Notes: generated by a model from the sequence alone, not told the origin. A DNA stretch of 64,000 nt from Candidatus Pacebacteria bacterium CG10_big_fil_rev_8_21_14_0_10_44_54 (GCA_002772695.1 PFDI01000003.1:11914-75913), one strand, 5' to 3'; numbered from the stretch's first letter, positions 27,401 to 36,871 are shown. Numbers and translations are program-made.

Positions 27401-29377
27401 ATGCCACTCGAAGCCATACACCAGTCACAAATAAAAAATCAAGCAGCAACAATCTCTCAAACAACTGAAGAAGCGGCTCAAAAAACAGGCTTGCGCACTT
27501 GGTGGCTCGCCCGGAAAACATGGCAAAAAATTGCAATAGCTGGACTCATCGTCACCACAATTCTCATAGGCATTCTCGTTTCTCTTGTATTCAAAACCTA
27601 TCAAGTATTGCAGTCAATGCAACTTCAGGCAGAATCTACCAAGCTAATCGGCCAAGAAACATACGGACACTTCAAAGCACAAAACTTACCACCAGTTCAG
27701 GAAAACCTCGTAAAACTAGACGAGCACTTACTTGAGATGAGAGAAAGTTATCAGCAACTTTCATTCTATAAGTACTTTCCAATAATTCGCAATTACTACC
27801 TTGATGGCGAACACGCATTTGCCGCAGCTCAATCTGGCTTAGCCGCTGCTAAAAAGTCTGTCGACGCACTAGTACCTTATGCTGACGTGCTTGGCTTCTC
27901 GGGGGAAGGTACATTCCAAGGCGGTACTGCCGAAGATCGATTGAAAATCGTGCTCGAGACACTCGATAAAATTTCACCCATTTTGGATGAAATCGCAGCA
28001 GACCTAAAATCTACAGAATCGGAGCTTGCGCTCATCTCACCAACACGATATCCGGAAAGCATTCAGAACATAGCGATCAGATCGCAAATCTTGCAAGCAC
28101 AAAATCTGAGTTCGGCGGCTGTCGACGCAGTAACAGAATTCAGACCAGTTATCGAACAACTACCAAGTATCGCCGGCGGACGCGGTGAGCGCAAAAAATA
28201 TATCGTTCTGTTTCAAAATAACGCTGAGCTCCGCCCCACCGGTGGTTTCTTAACTGCGTATGCGGTGATAAACGTCGAGAATGGCAAAGTTGAACCAGAG
28301 AAATCAGATGATATTTATGAACTCGATCAAAAATACCGCAGCAAATTGCCTATTCCAGAGGAACTTGGTAGATATCTCACAACAGAAAAAAACTGGAATC
28401 TGAGAGACATGAACACTTCGCCTGATTTCAAAGTATCAATGGATCAGTTTTTCCCCGAGTACAGCAGTTTACCGAGTGAACCAGATAATGTTGATGGCAT
28501 TATTGCTGTTGATACCAAAGTTTTGACTGACCTTTTGACCGTACTTGGCCCAGTAGAAGTACCGGGTTATGGACTGTTTTCAAGCAAAATAGACCCACGC
28601 TGCGATTGTCCAGAAATTATTTACATCCTGTCCGAAATTATTACCAGACCAACTCCGTATCTTCGTGAAGATCGCAAGGGCGTTATTGGTCCATTGATGC
28701 GATCTGTCCTTACCAAAGCATACTCAAGCCCAAAAACAGTTTGGCCAGCATTATTTCAAACGGGTATGGATAATATTGCCGGTAGACATATCCAGTTTTA
28801 TTTTCTTGACGAAAAATCCCAAGCCGCCGCAGAGGCGATACATGCAGCTGGTCGTCTCGAGTCAAAACAAGATGTTGATTTCTTGGCAATTGTCAATGCC
28901 AATCTTGCTGGAGCGAAGTCAAATTTATTTGTAACATATGAGGTAGAGCAGGTAGTTTCTGCACCCCAAGATGGATTTATTACAAAACAACTAGAGATTA
29001 CCTACAAAAATTCTAGAAAATCCGACAACTGTAATCTCGAAGCTGGCCTACTCTGTCTCAACTCTACACTCAAAGACTGGACCAGAATTTATGTTCCCGC
29101 AGGGAGTGAGCTCATCTCCTCTGAGGGTTTTAAAGAATCGGCTCGTGTCACCGAAGAGCTTGGCTTCTCTGTCATAAATGGCTTCTTTACACTTGAACCA
29201 CTGGGAACCGCTAAAATTAAGCTAGAATACAAAATTCCCTACAATGCAACAGACAGGTATCAACTGAGGGTTTGGAAACAAGGTGGCATTGACACTTTCC
29301 CACTACTACTTGAGACAGATGGCAATCAGGAAAAACTCCAAATTTCTAAAGATACAACCTACTCAATCGCTTTTTAA
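27401..29377 (+). CDS. DUF4012-like membrane-anchored protein
   Basis: An N-terminal TM segment and the segment LFQNNAELRPTGGFLTAYAV, recalled as characteristic of the DUF4012 family (from memory, not verified). Confidence 0.5.
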   Translation: MPLEAIHQSQIKNQAATISQTTEEAAQKTGLRTWWLARKTWQKIAIAGLIVTTILIGILVSLVFKTYQVLQSMQLQAESTKLIGQETYGHFKAQNLPPVQENLVKLDEHLLEMRESYQQLSFYKYFPIIRNYYLDGEHAFAAAQSGLAAAKKSVDALVPYADVLGFSGEGTFQGGTAEDRLKIVLETLDKISPILDEIAADLKSTESELALISPTRYPESIQNIAIRSQILQAQNLSSAAVDAVTEFRPVIEQLPSIAGGRGERKKYIVLFQNNAELRPTGGFLTAYAVINVENGKVEPEKSDDIYELDQKYRSKLPIPEELGRYLTTEKNWNLRDMNTSPDFKVSMDQFFPEYSSLPSEPDNVDGIIAVDTKVLTDLLTVLGPVEVPGYGLFSSKIDPRCDCPEIIYILSEIITRPTPYLREDRKGVIGPLMRSVLTKAYSSPKTVWPALFQTGMDNIAGRHIQFYFLDEKSQAAAEAIHAAGRLESKQDVDFLAIVNANLAGAKSNLFVTYEVEQVVSAPQDGFITKQLEITYKNSRKSDNCNLEAGLLCLNSTLKDWTRIYVPAGSELISSEGFKESARVTEELGFSVINGFFTLEPLGTAKIKLEYKIPYNATDRYQLRVWKQGGIDTFPLLLETDGNQEKLQISKDTTYSIAF

Positions 29378-29385
29378 GAAACTTG

Positions 29386-29925
29386 ATGGCAGCAAAATCA
29401 TACAGAGTAACCGGCATTGTCCTCAAACGTACAAATGTCGGAGAACTTGATAGAGTAGTGACGCTGCTTACAAAAGAGGAGGGGAAAAATCGCTATGTTG
29501 CCAAAGGTGTCCGACGATTACATTCCTCAAGTGGCAGCAATCTAGAGCCAGGTTCACTCATAACTGCACACTGCATTCAAACTAAATCAATGCCCATCAT
29601 TACTCAAACCAAGCTTCATATGCAAGCGCTCGAAGACACCAATTCACTCATACAAGTCAGAAGAGTGCAGCAGTTGCTAGAAATTTTAGATCATCTTTTT
29701 GTACCAGAAGAACTCGACCAACAAACCTTCACACAGGTCACAAATGTCTATGCAGCAGTCCTAGAAAAACACGATAATGTCAAAGAACTTCGTGGCAAAA
29801 TCATTGATCTCGTACGTCATCTCGGTTACAACATTACAAACACACCAAACAACTCATTGTCTCAACAGCTCAGCACCATTTTCGAACAACCACTACGAAG
29901 CTTTGAGTACTTACTAGTCAAATAG
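29386..29925 (+). CDS. recO: DNA repair protein RecO, minimal form lacking the C-terminal zinc-finger region
   Basis: An N-terminal OB-fold pattern GIVLKRTNVGELDRVVTLLTKEEGKNRYVAKGVRR in a 180-aa protein. Confidence 0.55.
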   Translation: MAAKSYRVTGIVLKRTNVGELDRVVTLLTKEEGKNRYVAKGVRRLHSSSGSNLEPGSLITAHCIQTKSMPIITQTKLHMQALEDTNSLIQVRRVQQLLEILDHLFVPEELDQQTFTQVTNVYAAVLEKHDNVKELRGKIIDLVRHLGYNITNTPNNSLSQQLSTIFEQPLRSFEYLLVK

Positions 29926-29934
29926 CTGACAGAT

Positions 29935-29943
29935 TGCTACAAT
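29935..29943 (+). promoter_or_regulatory. extended -10 element TGcTACAAT, ATG of glyQS 10 nt downstream (near-leaderless)
   Basis: Sequence motif. The identical TGcTACAAT precedes the tRNA-Gly gene on the other strand. Confidence 0.3.
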
Positions 29944-29952
29944 CTCGACAGC

Positions 29953-31374
29953 ATGCAACCCAAAACCACAACGCTTGACGATCTTGTAAGCCTTGCCAAG
30001 CGTCGTGGCTTTGTTTTTCAAACCTCAAGCATTTATGGTGGTCTTGCCAATTCTTATGACTACGGTCCGCTTGGCACAGAGCTTTTACGTAATATTAAAA
30101 ACCTCTGGTGGCAGAAGTTCATTCATCAGCGACCTGATATGGTCGGGTTAGACTCGCAGATACTCCTACACCCAAAAACTTGGATGGCTTCAGGACACAC
30201 AACGGCATTTAATGATCCATTGGTTGAAGATCTCACAACACAAAAACGCTATCGAGCTGACCACCTGATCGAAGAGTGGCAAGAAAAAAATAACCAAACA
30301 ACTGACACATCACCTGAAGATATGTCTGTCAAGGCGATGGACGAATATATCATCCAACACAAAATCGTCAGTCCCGACGGCAACCCTGTTAGCGCTGTGA
30401 AAGTGTTTAATTTGTTGTTTGAGACATCTATTGGAGTCGTTACTGGAGAAAAATCCAAGATCTATCTCCGTGGAGAAACCGCTCAGGGTATTTTTAGTAA
30501 TTTTGCAAATATTAGCAACTCCACTCGTATGCAATTACCATTTGGGGTTGGACAAATTGGCAAAAGTTTTCGCAATGAGGTAACCACAGGCCAGTTTGTT
30601 TTTCGCACACTTGAGTTTGAACAAGCCGAAATTGAGTATTTCTTTGACCCAGAGACAACAGACTGGCAAACATTGATGGAATCTTGGAAAACAGCCATGT
30701 GGGAGTTTGTGACTAAAGATCTACATATTGCAGCAAAAAATCTGCGTTGGCGAAAACACACAGATACTGAACGTAGTCACTATAGTATGGATACGTATGA
30801 CCTTGATTACAAATTTCCTTTTGGTTGGAAAGAGCTTTGGGGCATTGCCTATAGAACAGATTATGATTTGAAACAACACCAAGAGTACTCGGGAGAGACA
30901 CTGCAAGCCACCACTACAGATAACACACGGCGCTTCACTCCCCATGTCATCGAGCCTGCAGTCGGTATAAATCGCCTTTTTATGATGGTTCTCGCCGAAC
31001 ACTATTGGGAAGACACTGAACGCTCTCGGACAGTTTTGTGCCTACCAAGGCAACTGAGTCCACACAGCGTCGCAGTGTTTCCGCTGGCACGAAATAAACC
31101 TGAATTGATCGCTGCAGCCAAAATAATTTATCAAGAACTACTCGGTAAAATTCCAACCACTTGGGACGACAGAAGCAATATCGGCAAACGTTATCTCTAT
31201 CAGGACGAGATAGGCACACCTTTTTGCATCACTATTGATTATCAAACACTCGAAGATAACACTGTGACCATCAGGAACCGAGATACAACTGAACAAACAA
31301 GAATTGGCTCAAACCAAATACTCGAGTATCTAGCAAAAAAGCTAGACCTAGCTGAGGAAGCTGTGCTAGGCTAG
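29953..31374 (+). CDS. glyQS: glycine--tRNA ligase (dimeric GlyQS type)
   Basis: LAKRRGFVFQTSSIYGGLANSYDYGPLGTELLRNIKNLWW and a class II anticodon-binding C-terminus. Confidence 0.9.
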   Translation: MQPKTTTLDDLVSLAKRRGFVFQTSSIYGGLANSYDYGPLGTELLRNIKNLWWQKFIHQRPDMVGLDSQILLHPKTWMASGHTTAFNDPLVEDLTTQKRYRADHLIEEWQEKNNQTTDTSPEDMSVKAMDEYIIQHKIVSPDGNPVSAVKVFNLLFETSIGVVTGEKSKIYLRGETAQGIFSNFANISNSTRMQLPFGVGQIGKSFRNEVTTGQFVFRTLEFEQAEIEYFFDPETTDWQTLMESWKTAMWEFVTKDLHIAAKNLRWRKHTDTERSHYSMDTYDLDYKFPFGWKELWGIAYRTDYDLKQHQEYSGETLQATTTDNTRRFTPHVIEPAVGINRLFMMVLAEHYWEDTERSRTVLCLPRQLSPHSVAVFPLARNKPELIAAAKIIYQELLGKIPTTWDDRSNIGKRYLYQDEIGTPFCITIDYQTLEDNTVTIRNRDTTEQTRIGSNQILEYLAKKLDLAEEAVLG

Positions 31375-31379
31375 TTTTT

Positions 31380-32168
31380 ATGAAAAAACCATTAGCACTC
31401 ATCATCGGTCTCATAATTGTCGCCATAGCTGGAACGCTTTTTTGGAGACTTCGACCAAAGGCTGAACCAGAAGCAGTCGTTGCTGAAAAAAAACGAATTG
31501 TCCAACCAGCCAATATTATTCCGCAAGAAGATCGTCCATATATTGCTATTTCTCCAGAATCTGACGGCAAGAACATCACCATCGCTATAGACTCTATAAA
31601 AAAAGCAGCCACAACAGTCGAGTATGAACTTGAGTACCAAGCGGGTACGCTACTTCAGGGCGCATTTGGCGCTATCCAACTCGATACTCTTCCGGCTCGT
31701 GAAAAAATTCTGCTCGGTAGCTGCAGTGCTGGAGGCGCTTGCACCTATCACCAAGATGTCCGCGGTGGCTCACTCACAACTACTTTTGCTGGCCAAGAAG
31801 ATTACAGCCTCAAAACAGAGTGGAAATATTTTGAAAACAAAGCCAAAGAGAGCAGTTTTTCTTCCAGAGACGGAAAATTTCAGATTGAAGCCAAGTCGCT
31901 TGCTCAAGCTCGATACCTTATTATTAGCCAAGCATCGGGCATTCCCAAAGGATACGATGGGAAGATCATTTCCGAACCATACTCACTCCAAGCTAGTTCT
32001 AATCTGACGGGTGAGGGTGAGCTCAGTATTCGTACTAACTCTGAGGAAACTGCGAGCATTCTCGGTTGGAATGGTACCGCCTGGGAAACATATCCCACAA
32101 ACCAAGACGGTAAGACAGCTACAGCAACTGTACCTATGGTCCAGCTCTACGTTGTGATAGCCAAATAG
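31380..32168 (+). CDS. hypothetical membrane-anchored/secreted protein
   Basis: An N-terminal TM/signal anchor followed by a soluble domain with CSAGGAC. No family recognised. Confidence 0.45.
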   Translation: MKKPLALIIGLIIVAIAGTLFWRLRPKAEPEAVVAEKKRIVQPANIIPQEDRPYIAISPESDGKNITIAIDSIKKAATTVEYELEYQAGTLLQGAFGAIQLDTLPAREKILLGSCSAGGACTYHQDVRGGSLTTTFAGQEDYSLKTEWKYFENKAKESSFSSRDGKFQIEAKSLAQARYLIISQASGIPKGYDGKIISEPYSLQASSNLTGEGELSIRTNSEETASILGWNGTAWETYPTNQDGKTATATVPMVQLYVVIAK

Positions 32169-32204
32169 CTTTTCTTTTTTTATCACTGTTTTTGTAAGTC
32201 ACTA

Positions 32205-32229
32205 ACACGGTATTTTCGTGTTTTTTTTG
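32205..32229 (+). terminator. putative rho-independent terminator (5-bp stem ACACG/CGTGT, 7-nt loop, T8 tail)
   Basis: A hairpin followed by TTTTTTTT, read directly. It sits at the end of the 131-bp intergenic region before mraZ. Confidence 0.4.
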
Positions 32230-32268
32230 TATTTACTTCTTGATATGAAGAGTCATAATGTTGCCTGA

Positions 32269-32287
32269 TGGTAAATAGTGGTAAACT
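32269..32287. promoter_or_regulatory. tandem direct repeat TGGTAAA-N3-TGGTAAA (10-bp period) immediately upstream of mraZ: candidate MraZ operator and/or tandem extended -10 (TGgTAAACT) elements
   Basis: Two exact 7-mers are spaced one helical turn apart and end 13 nt before the mraZ ATG. Confidence 0.35.
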
Positions 32288-32299
32288 ATCTTATAGTTA

Positions 32300-32725
32300 A
32301 TGTTTATTGGAAAATATTACTACACACTCGAAACAAAGGGAAGAGTTTCACTTCCTAAGCCGTTTCGGGTTGCCCAAAAAAACTGGATAATTACTAGAGG
32401 TTTAGATGGCTCACTGTTTCTATTTCCGGACAGCGTTTTTCAATCTGAGGTAGAGAAACTCTCAAAATACTCAACCAATCAACGAGCTGTCAGAGATGCA
32501 ATCCGTCTCTTGAGCAATGACGCATCAGAACAAACACCAGATAAGCTTGGCAGGATTAGTATTCCTGAGCACCTTATTGCAGCGGCAGGGCTACAAAAAA
32601 ATGTCGTGATTGTCGGCAGCCTAAATAAAATAGAGATCTGGGACAGAGATACGTACCACGAATACATGGACGAACTCGGCAATAACGCTGAATCAACCGT
32701 CGAACAAATTGATAAACTAATATGA
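32300..32725 (+). CDS. mraZ: transcriptional regulator MraZ
   Basis: MFIGKYYYTLETKGRVSLPKPFR...TRGLDGSLFLFP. Two MraZ half-domains are present. Confidence 0.9.
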   Translation: MFIGKYYYTLETKGRVSLPKPFRVAQKNWIITRGLDGSLFLFPDSVFQSEVEKLSKYSTNQRAVRDAIRLLSNDASEQTPDKLGRISIPEHLIAAAGLQKNVVIVGSLNKIEIWDRDTYHEYMDELGNNAESTVEQIDKLI

Positions 32726-33609
32726 ACCGCAATAAACACACGCCCGTTTTGCTTGAGGAATCACTAGAATTTCTGAAGATAGAACCAAACGATACAATCG
32801 TGGATGCGACGTTTGGTGGCGGAGGTCACACTGCAGCCATGCTCAAAGCAGGAGCTACAGTAATTGCTTTTGATTGGGATAAAGAAGCAATTACACAAGG
32901 AGTCGCACGGTTTAAGCCCCAGATACAACAAAAAAAACTCTATCTCGTACATGAGTCATTTTCTAAGCTAACCGAAGAGGTGGAGAAAATTGCAAAAAAC
33001 ACCCATCTGAGTATTTCAGCTGTCTTATTCGATTTTGGGACCAGCACAGAGCAACTCATGTCTGCAGATCGAGGATTTAGTTTTATGGGTAATGGTCCAC
33101 TCGATATGAGAATGGATACAAGACTAGCGGTCATGGCAAAAGATATTCTGGCTGTAGTGCCAGAAAAACAACTGGAGCAATTATTTCGAGATTTAGCCGG
33201 TGAAACACAGGCAAGACGCATTGCAAAAGCGATAAAAAATGCACCACAACCAATCACTACCACAACACAACTTGTTAGCTGTATTCAGAGTGTGACTCAC
33301 AAAAAGTCTGGCTTACTACATCCTGCAACCAAAATATTCCAAGCACTTCGTCTGGCGGTAAATGGTGAACTCAGCGAAATTCAGCTTGCGTTACCCCAAG
33401 CACTCTCTCTAGTAAAAAAAGGTGGCAGAGTTGTCTGCATTGCCTTCCATGAAGGGGAAGATCGAATTGTCAAACAACAATTTGCACAGTGGGATAGCTG
33501 TAACCGGGTAAAAAAACTACAAAAAAAAGCAATCAAGCCAAGCGAGCTCGAACTACAAAAAAATCCTCGAGCAAGAAGCGCCAGACTACGAGCGGTAGAA
33601 AAACTATGA
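32722..33609 (+). CDS. rsmH: 16S rRNA (cytosine1402-N4)-methyltransferase RsmH
   Basis: HTPVLLEESLEFLKIEPNDTIVDATFGGGGHT. Confidence 0.9.
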   Translation: MNRNKHTPVLLEESLEFLKIEPNDTIVDATFGGGGHTAAMLKAGATVIAFDWDKEAITQGVARFKPQIQQKKLYLVHESFSKLTEEVEKIAKNTHLSISAVLFDFGTSTEQLMSADRGFSFMGNGPLDMRMDTRLAVMAKDILAVVPEKQLEQLFRDLAGETQARRIAKAIKNAPQPITTTTQLVSCIQSVTHKKSGLLHPATKIFQALRLAVNGELSEIQLALPQALSLVKKGGRVVCIAFHEGEDRIVKQQFAQWDSCNRVKKLQKKAIKPSELELQKNPRARSARLRAVEKL

Positions 33610-33905
33610 GAAAAATATATCTTTACACCTACTATGGGCTTTTGGGCATTGCCTTGTTTAGTCAGGTGGTAAATGTACTTATCACAGAATCAGTTTGGGT
33701 AAGAAGAAATACTTCTTTCAACAAAGCAATAACAACACAAGACGCACTCATCTCACAACGAAAACGACTCGAAAATGAACTCGCACGGATTAGCTCGCTG
33801 ACTGAACTCGAGCAAGAATCTCGACTACTCGGATATGAGCCAATCAACAAAACTATTGTAATCGCAAATCAAACGAAACTGGCTGATACACTTGCCGTAC
33901 ACTAA
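33606..33905 (+). CDS. ftsL: cell division protein FtsL/DivIC-like (single TM + coiled coil)
   Basis: Small bitopic protein positioned between rsmH and the PBP gene. Confidence 0.5.
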   Translation: MRKIYLYTYYGLLGIALFSQVVNVLITESVWVRRNTSFNKAITTQDALISQRKRLENELARISSLTELEQESRLLGYEPINKTIVIANQTKLADTLAVH

Positions 33906-35623
33906 TGAGAGGGAAAGTTGTCATCTCACTGATTTTTGCCTGTTCATTTAGCATTATTGCTCGACTATTTTTTTTGCAGGTTATTTCCGCAAACGAACTC
34001 ACAAAACAAGCAAACAAACAGTATGGACAACAAATTAAAAGTGTTGGTAGTCGAGGCAGTCTTTATTTTTCTGACGGATCCTTACTCGTTGGAAACCAAA
34101 CAGTCTATCGATTATTTGCTGAGCCAGCCTTGTTTACTCAGTCTCCTGAAGAAATTGCCGAAATCCTGGCCTCACTTGTTTCTACAGATCTAGAGCGCTA
34201 CGAAACAGCCTCAGCTAGTGCCCAAAGCGAAATACAACGTGATCTTGCTACCGAATTTATTCACAAACTAACAGCAGAAAATAAAAGTTGGATTGGGCTC
34301 AAAGAACGGGTTAGTGAAGCTACTAAGCAAGCAATCGAACGCAAGCAAATTGCTGGAATTGGATTCGATGACTATGAAGTAAGATACTATCCAGAAGCGT
34401 CGATGGCCGCACAACTCACAGGCTTCATCGGCAAAACAGAAGTAGGAGAGGATATCGGCTACTTTGGAATTGAGGGCGCACTCGAAAAAGAACTCCAACC
34501 ACAACGTGTTCAAAATAAAATCAGCCGTGATGCTTTGGGTGGCAAACTGCTTTCTGACAAGCAAGACTTTGTGTCACTCAATGGCAGAGATATTACTACT
34601 ACTCTCAGCAGAGATATCCAGCGCATCTTGGAGAGAGAGCTGAATGATGGCATTGCGCGCTACGGTGCAATTGGCGGAGAAGCAATCGCGTATGAACCAA
34701 GCACGGGCAAGATTCTTGGACTTGCAGCCAGTCCTACATTTTCTCAGGAAAAATTCTATCAGTTTCCCTCAGAAAGATATAAAAATCCATCACTAACTAC
34801 GCTGTATGAACCGGGGTCGACTTTTAAAATCCTAACTGTGGCAGCTGGAATCGACTCACAAACAATTACTCCAGAAACTACCTGCGACACTTGTGCTAAA
34901 CCACGCCAATTTGGCACTTACACAATCAGAACATGGAATGACGTCTACTATCCAGATATCACTATGCGTGAGGCCCTCGCAAAATCAGATAATACAGCGA
35001 TGATCTTTATAAACGAAAAAATGGGCAGTGAAAAGTTTGTTGAGTATCTCCGCAAATTTGGTATAGGAAGAGAATTGGGGATAGATCTCCAAGGAGATAG
35101 GGGTACACCCTTTCCAACCAGCTGGCGTCCAGTTGAAACTGCAACACGCTCGTTTGGTCAAGGAATCACCGTATCTAGTCTTCAGTTGGTAAGAGCTGTA
35201 GCTGCAGTTGCACATGATGGCAAACTCATGAAGCCACAAATAGTTTCTGCGGTCTTTGATCCAGCCACCGGCGAATCCCATCAAATTGCTCCTATAGTAG
35301 AAGAGCAGGTTATTACGCCTGACTCAGCTAGAATACTCCAAGACATGCTCGTGTACGCTGCAGAACACGGAGAAGCTCAATGGACCTACTCAAAAAAAAT
35401 TCCCGTTGCAGGAAAAACAGGCACGTCGCAAGTTGCTGAAGCGGGTGGGTATAAAGAAGATGCGACAATCACGAGCTTTATCGGCTTTACCCCACAGCAC
35501 AATGCAGACTTTCTACTTTTTGTTAAATTAAATGAACCAAGCACTTCTCCCTGGGCAGCTGAGACTGCTGCCCCACTTTGGTTTCGGATTGCAGAGCAAA
35601 TCGCTCTGACGCTCTACAACTAG
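33905..35623 (+). CDS. ftsI: class B penicillin-binding protein (FtsI-like transpeptidase)
   Basis: An N-terminal TM segment, an STFK motif (SxxK), an SDN motif and KTGTS. Confidence 0.85.
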   Translation: MRGKVVISLIFACSFSIIARLFFLQVISANELTKQANKQYGQQIKSVGSRGSLYFSDGSLLVGNQTVYRLFAEPALFTQSPEEIAEILASLVSTDLERYETASASAQSEIQRDLATEFIHKLTAENKSWIGLKERVSEATKQAIERKQIAGIGFDDYEVRYYPEASMAAQLTGFIGKTEVGEDIGYFGIEGALEKELQPQRVQNKISRDALGGKLLSDKQDFVSLNGRDITTTLSRDIQRILERELNDGIARYGAIGGEAIAYEPSTGKILGLAASPTFSQEKFYQFPSERYKNPSLTTLYEPGSTFKILTVAAGIDSQTITPETTCDTCAKPRQFGTYTIRTWNDVYYPDITMREALAKSDNTAMIFINEKMGSEKFVEYLRKFGIGRELGIDLQGDRGTPFPTSWRPVETATRSFGQGITVSSLQLVRAVAAVAHDGKLMKPQIVSAVFDPATGESHQIAPIVEEQVITPDSARILQDMLVYAAEHGEAQWTYSKKIPVAGKTGTSQVAEAGGYKEDATITSFIGFTPQHNADFLLFVKLNEPSTSPWAAETAAPLWFRIAEQIALTLYN

Positions 35624-35653
35624 CATTTGCTTAAAGTGCTTTATAATGATGAC

Positions 35654-36871
35654 ATGCTAGCGCAAGTAGCCTACCTATTAAAACGCCCCCTTCACTTTGT
35701 GAAAACCGGCTTGTTGCAAGGCTTACCAGCACAAATTCAGACAAAATTTCCTGAAAGGAAACTACGAGTCATCGCTATCACCGGCACTGATGGTAAAACA
35801 AGCTCCTCGACTCTTTTACAGCATGTCCTGCTTTTTGCAAAACGCAAATCAGGACTCATCAGCACAATTGGCTTTTTTCTCGGAAAAAATCCAAGTGACT
35901 CGGGATTGCATGTTACCGCACCTCAGCCAAAAGACCTGTATAAATTCATGCAGGAGCTGGTCAAAAAAAAATATGAGTTTTTGGTTCTAGAGACAACTTC
36001 GCACGGTTTGTATCAATATCGTACTTGGGGAATCCGACCAGAGATTGCAGCAATTACTAACATTGCTCGCGAACACCTTGATTATCACCGCACCTACAAA
36101 CAGTATGTTGCGGCAAAGTCTCTGTTGCTCAAAAATGCAAAAACAATTGTACTCAATGCAGATGATTTTTCCTTTCCACTTTTGAGCAAACAAACAAAAG
36201 AGAAAAAAGTTCTCACATATAGCTCAAGTGATCGCCTGCCTGTTGGCGTTACAAAAGCAATTCGCGCTCGATTTCCAGAGCAGTATAACCAACAAAACGC
36301 ACGAATGGTCTTTACCATATGTCAAATACTTGGGATTTCTATTCAAGATTTTATTCAATCCCTCTCGTCGTTTCAGCATGCTCCAGGCAGAATGCAGTGG
36401 CTTCAGCTCAACAAAAAGTTTGCTGTTATCGTAGATTTTGCACACACCCCACAAGGTGTCGCAGCCGTATTAACAGCTTTAAAAAAACTTCAGACCACCC
36501 AAAATAAGCTGGGGAAATTACTTGTGGTTCTTGGTTCAGCTGGCTTGCGAGACAGGGAGAAGCGTCCAGAAATGGGAAAAGTAGCAACCGAACTTGCCGA
36601 CCTAGCTATTTTTACAGCTGAAGATCCACGTACCGAAGATGTCTGGTCAATCATCAGGCAAATGAAAGAACAACTTAGTGCCAACCACAATAAAATTGTC
36701 TCAATTGCAGACAGAAAGAGAGCTATTGCCTTTGCTTTGGCAGCTGCAAAAGCAAACGATATTGTTGCAATTCTTGGCAAAGGTCACGAGCAGAGCATGT
36801 GTTATGGCACCAAGGAAATTCCTTGGGATGATGCTCGTGTAGCGACAGAACTGGCCAAAAAACAATTATGA
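35654..36871 (+). CDS. murE: UDP-N-acetylmuramoyl-tripeptide ligase MurE-like with shortened N-terminal domain
   Basis: VIAITGTDGKTSSS (P-loop), DFAHTP, and C-terminal AGLRDREKRPEMGKVATELADLAIFTAEDPR (the MurE DNPR region). The ATG at 35654 lies 6 nt after TATAAT (leaderless); an alternative TTG start is at 35627. Confidence 0.7.
   Translation: MLAQVAYLLKRPLHFVKTGLLQGLPAQIQTKFPERKLRVIAITGTDGKTSSSTLLQHVLLFAKRKSGLISTIGFFLGKNPSDSGLHVTAPQPKDLYKFMQELVKKKYEFLVLETTSHGLYQYRTWGIRPEIAAITNIAREHLDYHRTYKQYVAAKSLLLKNAKTIVLNADDFSFPLLSKQTKEKKVLTYSSSDRLPVGVTKAIRARFPEQYNQQNARMVFTICQILGISIQDFIQSLSSFQHAPGRMQWLQLNKKFAVIVDFAHTPQGVAAVLTALKKLQTTQNKLGKLLVVLGSAGLRDREKRPEMGKVATELADLAIFTAEDPRTEDVWSIIRQMKEQLSANHNKIVSIADRKRAIAFALAAAKANDIVAILGKGHEQSMCYGTKEIPWDDARVATELAKKQL

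Noticed and set aside
29926-29952. T-box or other riboswitch leaders upstream of glyQS and ileS
   Set aside because: The intergenic regions are only 27 and 20 bp and carry near-leaderless promoters. There is no room for a T-box.
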